DNA of 10,376 nt from Candidatus Micrarchaeota archaeon (GTDB lineage Archaea > Micrarchaeota > Micrarchaeia > Anstonellales > Anstonellaceae), in contig JBDRNY010000018.1 in NCBI GenBank assembly GCA_043810635.1, forward strand, positions 1 to 10,376, read 5' to 3'. Position 1 is the stretch's first letter; each line of letters opens with the position of its first letter. Both the position numbers and the translations under genes were made by a program. The notes under the pieces were generated by a model that was given only the letters and a program-made list of their open reading frames with translations, made no database searches and was not told where the DNA came from. Shown here one piece after another: positions 1 to 7,056 of this stretch.

Positions 1-35
1 CTTCTTTTTTGCTTTTCTTTTTTTGGCATTCTCAT
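1..35 (-). CDS. 5' end of a small Lys-rich ORF running off the left edge, (MR)MPKKRKAKKK...; possible partner of the Doc toxin
   Basis: In-frame ATGs at 35 and 29 on the minus strand. GGGGT at 36-40 lies 6 nt before the ATG at 29. The frame is open to the window edge and starts 27 nt after the doc stop. Confidence 0.5.
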   Translation of the reverse strand, partial: MRMPKKEKQKR

Positions 36-62
36 ACCCCAACATATATTTCAATTCTGTAT

Positions 63-452
63 TTATATCTGTTTCCTTGCATGCAGCTTCAGCCATTTCT
101 TTATTTCATGCCGGTTAAGCTTGTTTTTCGCAACATTTAGCAGGAAATTTATTATTTCATCATCCGGCGCCTCGAGCATATAATGATTCATATCAAGAAA
201 TGTTTTGCATGATTCGAATCCTGTCCTTTTGTTTCCGTCAACAAAAGGATGACCTTTGACTATGAGCTCAAGAATAATCGCTGTTTTCCAAAATAAAACA
301 TCTTCCCTTCCGGAGTATTTCTCGGCTCTGGATAAGGCAAACTGTAGGTTGGCCTCATCCAAAATTCCTTTAGCATTTCCAAATTCATCAATAATCTTGT
401 CATGGATATCAGCCACCTGCCCGAGGGATAAATGCTTAATTTTGCCTGCCAT
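63..452 (-). CDS. doc: Death-on-curing (Doc)/Fic family toxin
   Basis: 129 aa with the Doc-type catalytic motif HPFVDGNKRTG, an N-terminal 'IHDKII..G..GILD..NL..AL' pattern and typical Doc length. Confidence 0.92.
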   Translation of the reverse strand: MAGKIKHLSLGQVADIHDKIIDEFGNAKGILDEANLQFALSRAEKYSGREDVLFWKTAIILELIVKGHPFVDGNKRTGFESCKTFLDMNHYMLEAPDDEIINFLLNVAKNKLNRHEIKKWLKLHARKQI

Positions 453-470
453 GACAAAACAATCAAACAG

Positions 471-480
471 TTATTTAAAA
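471..480 (-). promoter_or_regulatory. Putative TATA box for a leaderless doc transcript
   Basis: TTTTAAATAA on the minus strand 19-28 nt upstream of the doc ATG; no obvious SD sequence. Confidence 0.4.
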
Positions 481-523
481 ACAAGCGGAAGCCAACATTC
501 CAGTGGACGGAAGGATAAAATAA

Positions 524-3100
524 TCAGTAGCTTACTCTTAATTTTTTAAGCACTTTTGAAATTTGTTCAAGCGAAAATAATTTTATTTTTCCGCTTTCAA
601 CATGCATTTTCAGTATTAGAAATGAGGAGGAGCGGAGCTTTTGCTCAAATTCCTCTTTTTCTGCATTGCTTGCAAAAAGTATCCAGGTGCGCCCCCTGCT
701 TACTGTGGATAATGCCTGCTCCACTATTGAATCATCCCCTAAATAGATGTGGAGGAAATATTCGCTTCTTCCTATTATTATTTTTATGTCGCACCCCTTT
801 ACTGCGCGCAATTTTGAAAAGCGGATTGCATTGTTTACAAACAAATCCCGCAAATAGCGGTAAGAGGCGAGAAGCTTTATCGGAAATCCGGAAGAAGCTA
901 TCCAGGAGGCGGGAACATAAAAGCCCAATTCAGATGCAACAAGCTTTTTTTCTTCAAGCTTTTCAAGCATTCTCTGCAAATTATAATCTCCTATGATTAC
1001 AGGCCTGCCGTCAACTATTATTTTCCTGAAGCCCGCCTTTAATTCATCCGGGGAAAGGGGCATTTGCACCCACCGGTAATCCCGGTTCATTTGCTCAAAT
1101 ATTGAAAGCACGCGGGAGGTGGGGAGGGAAATTTTCTTTACAGTGTGGGGCGGAAAGTCGGGAATGTCGAGCGAGAAAGGCTGCTTTTGCGGGCGGCGCA
1201 AATAAATCCCTGCGCCAAAAGTAAGCAACGCAATTATGAAAAGTATGACTACTTCGGGGCGCTCCCAGATATTTAACGGAATGTTGTAAGGCATCGGCCT
1301 TTCCTGGGAATATCCCCCCCCGAAATCAAATATAAATGCATAATCCCCGCGCTTGAATTCAATGCCCGGGCGGTAGTTTATGAAATCAGTATTTTTATAT
1401 TCAGAAGTTTTTGCATTTGAATTTCCTTTTACGCTTACCATTGCATAAGGCACCTTTATTCTTTTTCCTCCGGAATAAAAGGAGAAATTAAATGAAGAAT
1501 CCCTGTATGAAACTTCCTCGGCCCTTATTTCAAGGCCTGCCATTTCAACGCGCGTGGCAGCATAAACTTTTCCAAACCTGTCAACCACCCGCAGTAAATA
1601 CTGGTCCGGCGCCTGGTTGAATTGCACGGGTGCGGAGCGGGTTATTTTTGTGCTGGTAAGCCCCTGCTCAACAGGCATTTGTTCTATAGTGCTTCCGTTT
1701 TGGTAAAGCTCGAAATATAATTTTATTCTCTCATCTTCCGGCTCTTTTAATTCTGCTATTACTGTTTTCCTGCCTCCCCCCAAATATTCGGGAGTAAGCA
1801 CCGAGTCGTCAATATATAATTCTCCGCGCGCAGAGCGGCGCATGGGCCAGTCAACAAATCTTTCCTGCACAATTCCGGAAGTGTCGTTTAAAGAATATAT
1901 AATCCTTAAATTGGCTGACTGCTGGGAGATTGGCTCAAAATAAAATGTCAATCTTTCGTAGCTGGAAGGAGAGGAGTTGCTGGAATAATATGTTGAAGTT
2001 ATTGGTATGCGGAAAGGCTCGTCTGTTACAAGGCGGGCAATATCTTCCCCTGCATTCACCCCGTTTCCGGTCCAGCCGCCGTCCAAAGATTGGGGAAGGA
2101 AAAGCAAATACCCGTTTCCGTATGAAAGCTGGCTTATCGAGCCCCAAAGCATTGTGGGGCGCATATGCTTGGATGAAACAGAATAGAGGGGGGTGCCAAG
2201 CAAAAATCCTTCTTCAGAAGATATTTTTGCATTTCTTTCAAATTTTATGCCCATTTTTTCAAGCAATTCAGTGTCAGCACTAAGAAATTGGCCGTTTTGA
2301 GACATTACCTGCTTGTCAAAAGCCTGGCCGATAAATATTACCACAACCCCGCGCTTTGCAAGGTCAATAATTGAAGGGAAGGAATCATCTTTGCTTCCCA
2401 TAAGCTTTGAAGGGAAATAGCCGGTTGGTATTATGAGGGTGGAGCCCCCGGGCAAATCATTTAAATCCTCGAGATGGATGTCATTTACAATCCACCCTTT
2501 GCTTGCAAGCCTTTTGTCAAATGTTTTTCTGAATTCGGGGTAGGTGTCTGCGCCGTCGCGCCTGTGCTGGAGTATAAATACCTGCCTTGAAGGGGGGGAA
2601 GAATATAATTTTGAAGCAATGCTTAAATTTGACAATCCTTCCTGCGCATAATCCAGCACAATATAACCCTGCATTAAGGATTCGCCCTGCCTGCCAAATG
2701 TAACCAATCCCGCATCATAAACCTGCATTTCAAAAGTGCCGTTAAATCCGGGGGGTGTTGGAGGAGCCTGAAGTCCGGCCACTCCGGGGCCTAATGCAAG
2801 CACAAACCAAATTATAAGCATTATTAAGAGAGCCAAAGCTACTGCCGCAACTTTAATTGCTATTGAAAATGTGGCGTCAAAGCGCAAAGAGGATAAATCT
2901 TTTTCTTTTTTCTTTTTTTCCTTTCTTTTTTGGGAAGCAATGTAATTTTTTATGGTTTCAATTAGGCTTGCAATAGGGTTGTCTGATTTGCTTTTTTTTA
3001 CATTGTAATGGGAAACAGGGGAGTAGCGCTTTCGCTGGATGAAAGAGTAGGTGTTTTTGGATATTTTCAAATCCGAAAGCTTGTCCGGCTTTATGCCCAT
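524..3100 (-). CDS. Large 2-TM membrane protein (~858 aa) with a ~510-aa extracellular region and a cytoplasmic C-terminal domain
   Basis: The ORF track starts at TTG 3121, but ATG 3100 just after the upstream stop (3105-3107) is more likely. TM1 is IAIKVAAVALALLIMLIIWFVLAL and TM2 is VVILFIIALLTFGAGIYL. Six N-x-S/T sequons occur, all between the two TMs. Confidence 0.85.
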   Translation of the reverse strand: MGIKPDKLSDLKISKNTYSFIQRKRYSPVSHYNVKKSKSDNPIASLIETIKNYIASQKRKEKKKKEKDLSSLRFDATFSIAIKVAAVALALLIMLIIWFVLALGPGVAGLQAPPTPPGFNGTFEMQVYDAGLVTFGRQGESLMQGYIVLDYAQEGLSNLSIASKLYSSPPSRQVFILQHRRDGADTYPEFRKTFDKRLASKGWIVNDIHLEDLNDLPGGSTLIIPTGYFPSKLMGSKDDSFPSIIDLAKRGVVVIFIGQAFDKQVMSQNGQFLSADTELLEKMGIKFERNAKISSEEGFLLGTPLYSVSSKHMRPTMLWGSISQLSYGNGYLLFLPQSLDGGWTGNGVNAGEDIARLVTDEPFRIPITSTYYSSNSSPSSYERLTFYFEPISQQSANLRIIYSLNDTSGIVQERFVDWPMRRSARGELYIDDSVLTPEYLGGGRKTVIAELKEPEDERIKLYFELYQNGSTIEQMPVEQGLTSTKITRSAPVQFNQAPDQYLLRVVDRFGKVYAATRVEMAGLEIRAEEVSYRDSSFNFSFYSGGKRIKVPYAMVSVKGNSNAKTSEYKNTDFINYRPGIEFKRGDYAFIFDFGGGYSQERPMPYNIPLNIWERPEVVILFIIALLTFGAGIYLRRPQKQPFSLDIPDFPPHTVKKISLPTSRVLSIFEQMNRDYRWVQMPLSPDELKAGFRKIIVDGRPVIIGDYNLQRMLEKLEEKKLVASELGFYVPASWIASSGFPIKLLASYRYLRDLFVNNAIRFSKLRAVKGCDIKIIIGRSEYFLHIYLGDDSIVEQALSTVSRGRTWILFASNAEKEEFEQKLRSSSFLILKMHVESGKIKLFSLEQISKVLKKLRVSY

Positions 3101-3104
3101 CCGC

Positions 3105-3866
3105 TCACTTCCGGCTCTCAATATAGCCTTCGCTTACAAGGCTGTTGAGAACCTGTTCCACGCGGGCTTCGGAAACATTGTGCATCCTTGCAAAATCCGA
3201 GAGGTTTATTTCGCCGTTGTGCTCGGATATCCAATCCTGTATTTTTATAGCCAATACAGAATCTGAATATTTTTCAAGGCTTGCAATGCGAAGCTCTAAT
3301 TCCTGGTTTTTGTTTTTAAGGGAGTAATTGTCATTTGCAAGCTCGCGGTTTGAATTTTCAATTGTTTTTATTTTTTTCAAAAGCCGCTCATGCCCGCCCT
3401 TGAGGCTGTCATATGTTGAGAAAAGGGATTGATAGTCTGATGAAACATATTCATTCATGTCTGCAACCGCCCCTTCAAGCATCTGGTAAAGGTATTTCAT
3501 GTCAACTTTGTATTCATCAGAGCAAAGGGTGAGCACATTGAGGGCATATTTTAAAACATCAAGCTTTCGCACCTTAAGGGATTTGCCTGGCGCGTGGGTG
3601 TAAAGCACGTCGATTGCATTCGGGCGGAGGTAGAGTATTGAGAAAAGGTAGGGGTTTTTGGATATGTCGCGGGCTTCCACATTTAATGCAAGCACCACCT
3701 GCGGGTCTGATGCATCCTGGGAAATTCGCAAAAATGTCAATTCCCCCAAAGCTTTTACCACTTCTTCAACGCCTCCTGTGCGCATTGCCGGCACGCGGAA
3801 CCCTTTTACCGCTGGAGTGGGGGAAGCTTTTCTCTTTCCTGTTGGGGGCGGGTTGCCTATTGGCAT
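3105..3866 (-). CDS. Cytoplasmic protein: N-terminal alpha/beta domain, coiled coil, C-terminal winged helix-turn-helix
   Basis: 253 aa; GAGGT SD at 3872-3876. Heptad region LLKKIKTIENSNRELANDNYSLKNKNQELELRIASLE. wHTH-like tail KIQDWISEHNGEINLSDFARMHNVSEARVEQVLNSLVSEGYI. Confidence 0.85.
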   Translation of the reverse strand: MPIGNPPPTGKRKASPTPAVKGFRVPAMRTGGVEEVVKALGELTFLRISQDASDPQVVLALNVEARDISKNPYLFSILYLRPNAIDVLYTHAPGKSLKVRKLDVLKYALNVLTLCSDEYKVDMKYLYQMLEGAVADMNEYVSSDYQSLFSTYDSLKGGHERLLKKIKTIENSNRELANDNYSLKNKNQELELRIASLEKYSDSVLAIKIQDWISEHNGEINLSDFARMHNVSEARVEQVLNSLVSEGYIESRK

Positions 3867-3869
3867 AAT

Positions 3870-4430
3870 TTACCTCTTTTTTCTTTTATGGGATTTCTTT
3901 TTCCCGTGCTTTTTTGCATGTTTTTTTGCATGTTTTTTCCTTGCATGCAAAATTGTTTCTTTTTTCGCGGGTGCGGGTTCGGATTCTGGCTTTGGAATTT
4001 GGGCGGGAGAAGGTGCGGGGGTTTTTGAAGGTTGGGATGGGGGGGAAGGCATTGAAGGCTTTGGAGCTGTTGGTTGCGATGAAGTTGAAAGGGAGGGGAT
4101 GTAATTCAGGAGCGCGAGCGCGACAAGGAATATTGCAAGCAATAATACCATGAATATTGAAACAAATTCAATCGGCCTTCCGCTCATTATCGGGAGGAAG
4201 ACAGATATTAAGAGCAGAAGCAGGCCGCCCAATGCATGCAAAATAATTTTTCTTTCAAAAGATTTTCTCCTTTTTGTGTATTCTTCCATGCATTCCGCGC
4301 ACACCAAAAGCTTGTTGTTTGTTGCAATTTTGAATTTTCTTTTTATTTTCCTTATAAACCGGACTACTTTTGTGTCTGCAACATGAATTCCGAATTTTTC
4401 TTTTGAGCAAATTATGCATACATCAGCCAT
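3870..4430 (-). CDS. Zn-finger (CxxC...CxxC) 2-TM membrane protein with Pro-rich linker and Lys/His-rich tail
   Basis: 186 aa; CIIC and CAEC motifs, two hydrophobic helices, a PS/PA-rich stretch and the tail HARKKHAKKHAKKHGKKKSHKRKKR. The stop lies 3 nt before the next ATG. Confidence 0.82.
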   Translation of the reverse strand: MADVCIICSKEKFGIHVADTKVVRFIRKIKRKFKIATNNKLLVCAECMEEYTKRRKSFERKIILHALGGLLLLLISVFLPIMSGRPIEFVSIFMVLLLAIFLVALALLNYIPSLSTSSQPTAPKPSMPSPPSQPSKTPAPSPAQIPKPESEPAPAKKETILHARKKHAKKHAKKHGKKKSHKRKKR

Positions 4431-4468
4431 ATCAAAACCAACTCCCCGTCTTCCCCCATTCGCATTTT

Positions 4469-4538
4469 TTCTTCCCGCATCCCCCGCATGCCGGCACCAA
4501 CTTTTAATTCATCCTTCTTCCCGCATCCCCCGCATGCC
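4469..4538. repeat. Perfect 24-bp direct repeat (two copies) in the intergenic gap inside the operon
   Basis: TTCTTCCCGCATCCCCCGCATGCC at 4469-4492 and 4515-4538, separated by 22 bp. Confidence 0.9.
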
Positions 4539-4546
4539 ACACCATA

Positions 4547-6127
4547 TTATATTTCGTCTTCAAGCATCACCTGGGTCATGTCCCTTCCTTCCACCCCGAG
4601 CCTCTTAAAGTCTGCTTTTGAGAAAATATTTATTATTGTAGAATCATCTACCCCGACATCCTTCAAAAAGCTTGTTATATTGCTTCTCGCAACCCCGTAC
4701 CTTTCAAGCATTATTACAAATGATATTACGTCAAGGTGCCGGTTTTGCTTTTGAAATGTTGAGGAAATTTCCTCAAGATGCACTTCGGACAATCCGAAGG
4801 AGCGCAAATGCTTTCTTAATCCCTCTTTTTCAAATGACACTGATTTTGCCATACCAAACTCACCCATTGCAGGATCTGCCAAATCTAACAAATCCAGGAA
4901 AAATTCCTGTATCGGCTCCTCGCCGACAATTTTTTCAAGCAAAAATGTTTCTGAAAACTGGGAAGATGTTTGAAATGCCATGTTTACCGCCGCCTGCCCG
5001 ACTCCCAATTTTCTTATTTCCTTTCTCATATAATCCGAGAAACTTAATGTGTTTTGCAAATAGTCCAAAAATCTTTCAAATTTTATTCTCAGCATAAATG
5101 TTGTGCCCACGTTTGAAAATATTGCCTCGGATATGTCTGTGGGGTTTTGGGAGGCGACAATAAGCCCGAAATTGTATTTTCGCCCCTCCCTTACAACCAT
5201 CACTGCGTCTGAATTGTCGTCTTTTGCAATTTTCCACGCCTCATCCAAAACAACTATTAATTTCAATCCCTTTTCCGGAGCCCAGCCTTCCTTCCTCATT
5301 TTTTCTTTTATAAATTGAAGCATGGAAAGGCCTGCCAATGCGCGAAACACTTCATCAGGCAATCCTGACAAATCAAGGCATACCAATCCCGCTGTTGTAA
5401 GCTCGCTTAAATCTATTGTTGAGGGGCGGGCAAAATAATCCTCCCCCTCCCTTGTAAAATTCTTTATCCTGTAAATTGCATTTTCCAATTCTGCGGGAAA
5501 TTCATATGTGCCCGCCTCCAATTGCTCTTCCAATATTCTTTGCACATCGCGCAAAGTGGGGGGCTTGATGGGGCGGCCCAAAGAATCTTTTTGCACGCTT
5601 GCATTCATCCTGAATTTTGAATCCCTGTAAGATTTTTCAATCGCCTGCTCTGTAAGCCGCTTTTGCTCGGGATATCTTTCAACATCTGTTAAAATCGCAA
5701 GGGTGCGCATTATCTGCTTTACCCTGTCATTCGGCTTTATTCCGCCCAAATCAAGCAAATTTATCGCGCTTCCTTTTCCTAATGCAATAACTTTTCCGCC
5801 TGTCTGCTTTACCCAATCCTTATACTCCCCCGCCCAGTCTATTATGAATGCATTGGTGCCCCATACATAAGAGGCGCGGGTAAGAAATGTTTTTACAAAA
5901 TAAGATTTTCCGCTTCCAGTAATTCCGACAACAGCTATGTGGGGGTTGGTAAGGTGTTTGTAAGTCCAGTAAAAAGGAACGTTGAATATTTTTGTATAGC
6001 CGACAAAAACCGCATCTGTGGGGTCGTCGCTAAGCAGAAAATTTTCAGGGGGCTCGGGCGGGCGCACAAAAAAATTCCGCCTGCCCAGCTGCTTGTTGTT
6101 TGTGTTCCAAAGGTCCAGGTGGCCCAT
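4547..6127 (-). CDS. VirB4/HerA (FtsK-HerA superfamily) P-loop ATPase with a ~100-aa C-terminal extension
   Basis: NPHIAVVGITGSGKS (Walker A), IIDWAGEY, PPTLRDV, VVLDEAW (Walker B), REGRKYNFGLIVASQ (Arg-finger/sensor region) and the 'L.VGQA' motif. Confidence 0.93.
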   Translation of the reverse strand: MGHLDLWNTNNKQLGRRNFFVRPPEPPENFLLSDDPTDAVFVGYTKIFNVPFYWTYKHLTNPHIAVVGITGSGKSYFVKTFLTRASYVWGTNAFIIDWAGEYKDWVKQTGGKVIALGKGSAINLLDLGGIKPNDRVKQIMRTLAILTDVERYPEQKRLTEQAIEKSYRDSKFRMNASVQKDSLGRPIKPPTLRDVQRILEEQLEAGTYEFPAELENAIYRIKNFTREGEDYFARPSTIDLSELTTAGLVCLDLSGLPDEVFRALAGLSMLQFIKEKMRKEGWAPEKGLKLIVVLDEAWKIAKDDNSDAVMVVREGRKYNFGLIVASQNPTDISEAIFSNVGTTFMLRIKFERFLDYLQNTLSFSDYMRKEIRKLGVGQAAVNMAFQTSSQFSETFLLEKIVGEEPIQEFFLDLLDLADPAMGEFGMAKSVSFEKEGLRKHLRSFGLSEVHLEEISSTFQKQNRHLDVISFVIMLERYGVARSNITSFLKDVGVDDSTIINIFSKADFKRLGVEGRDMTQVMLEDEI

Positions 6128-6150
6128 AATAACAACTCTTTCCGCACCCC

Positions 6151-6960
6151 TTAAAGCACCGCGCTTTCCATATGCTGCGGTGTCGGGGGGATAATGTGCT
6201 CCCAGTCAAAGCATTTCAGCATTTCATCGCCCTGCAAAGGCACCACCCGCACATTGAGTGCGTTTGAAATTGTTGCGCGCAATTCATTTGCCTGCGCTTT
6301 TGCGGCAGCTGTTGCAGCCTCTTTTGAAAGCCCGGTGGCTGTTGTCATTACATAAGTGATTGCTCCCATCGGCTTAAATCCTGATACAAGGCGGTTTATT
6401 TGGGATTCATACATTCCGACTTCTTTTTCATACCGGTCTAATTTTAATACATCTGGGTCGGGCTTTTCCCTTTCCCTTGCAAGCCGCAGCTGCGATTCGG
6501 CATGCCTTGTTTCAATTTTCATCCTGTGGCGGGACATATCCAAAACATAAACCATCATTGCAAATTTTACAGGAAAGCGCACTGAAGAAATGGCGCGCTC
6601 AAAATATTCTGAATAAACCATGTTTTCGTCGGGGGATTTTTCTGTTGTGGATTCGTAAATTTTCACCCCTAAATAAGCAGATGCATAATATACCCCTCCG
6701 GAATGCTTTAAAATTACGTCTTGTGCGGGGGGAATTTCATATTCTCCTGCCATTATTTGCACAATTTTCCCTTTCTGGGTGAGGAAAGGCACAATTAGAT
6801 AGCCGTATTTGAATAATGCAACAGATGAAAGCCCGCCGATAACGCACAAAATAGCAGCTATAGGCGCAAGCGCGCCCCCTCCTGAAATAAATGCCCCCAA
6901 AGCTCCCAGAAGGCAGAGCCCTAATGCGCCGTATGAAATATATTTTATGTTAACCTCCAT
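6151..6960 (-). CDS. 2-TM membrane protein resembling VirB3/PrgI fused to a VirB4 N-terminal-like domain
   Basis: ATG at 6960 preceded by GGTGTGA (the track start at TTG 6975 is less likely). Two N-terminal TMs are followed by an alpha/beta domain with a coiled-coil insertion ending 'NVRVVPLQGDEMLKCF'. It lies directly upstream of a VirB4-like ATPase that lacks its own N-terminal domain. The family call is inference. Confidence 0.7.
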   Translation of the reverse strand: MEVNIKYISYGALGLCLLGALGAFISGGGALAPIAAILCVIGGLSSVALFKYGYLIVPFLTQKGKIVQIMAGEYEIPPAQDVILKHSGGVYYASAYLGVKIYESTTEKSPDENMVYSEYFERAISSVRFPVKFAMMVYVLDMSRHRMKIETRHAESQLRLAREREKPDPDVLKLDRYEKEVGMYESQINRLVSGFKPMGAITYVMTTATGLSKEAATAAAKAQANELRATISNALNVRVVPLQGDEMLKCFDWEHIIPPTPQHMESAVL

Positions 6961-7000
6961 TCTATTCACACCCAACTTATAGAAAAATAATGCAGAAGTG

Positions 7001-7010
7001 CTTTTAAAAA
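7001..7010 (-). promoter_or_regulatory. Putative TATA box of the five-gene operon
   Basis: TTTTTAAAAG on the minus strand about 40-50 nt upstream of ATG 6960, leaving room for a short leader containing the SD. Confidence 0.5.
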
Positions 7011-7056
7011 TGAGCGTATTGGGGGGAGGGTTTTGGAATGCCTATTTCTTCGGAAG

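Noticed and set aside
4469..4538. Mini-CRISPR array
   Set aside because: Only two repeat copies, a 22-bp spacer, a low-complexity repeat and no cas genes or leader.
4412..4540. Short minus-strand ORF VACGGCGKK... in frame after the ATPase stop
   Set aside because: The CxxC arises from the repeat itself, the second copy reads in another frame, and the ORF overlaps the next gene. There is no support for readthrough.
4547..6127. DNA-repair HerA helicase
   Set aside because: No N-terminal HAS barrel and no nurA/mre11/rad50 neighbours; the context is membrane proteins.
524..6960. Conjugative or integrative mobile element
   Set aside because: No relaxase, integrase, att repeats or tRNA seen, and no compositional sign of recent acquisition.
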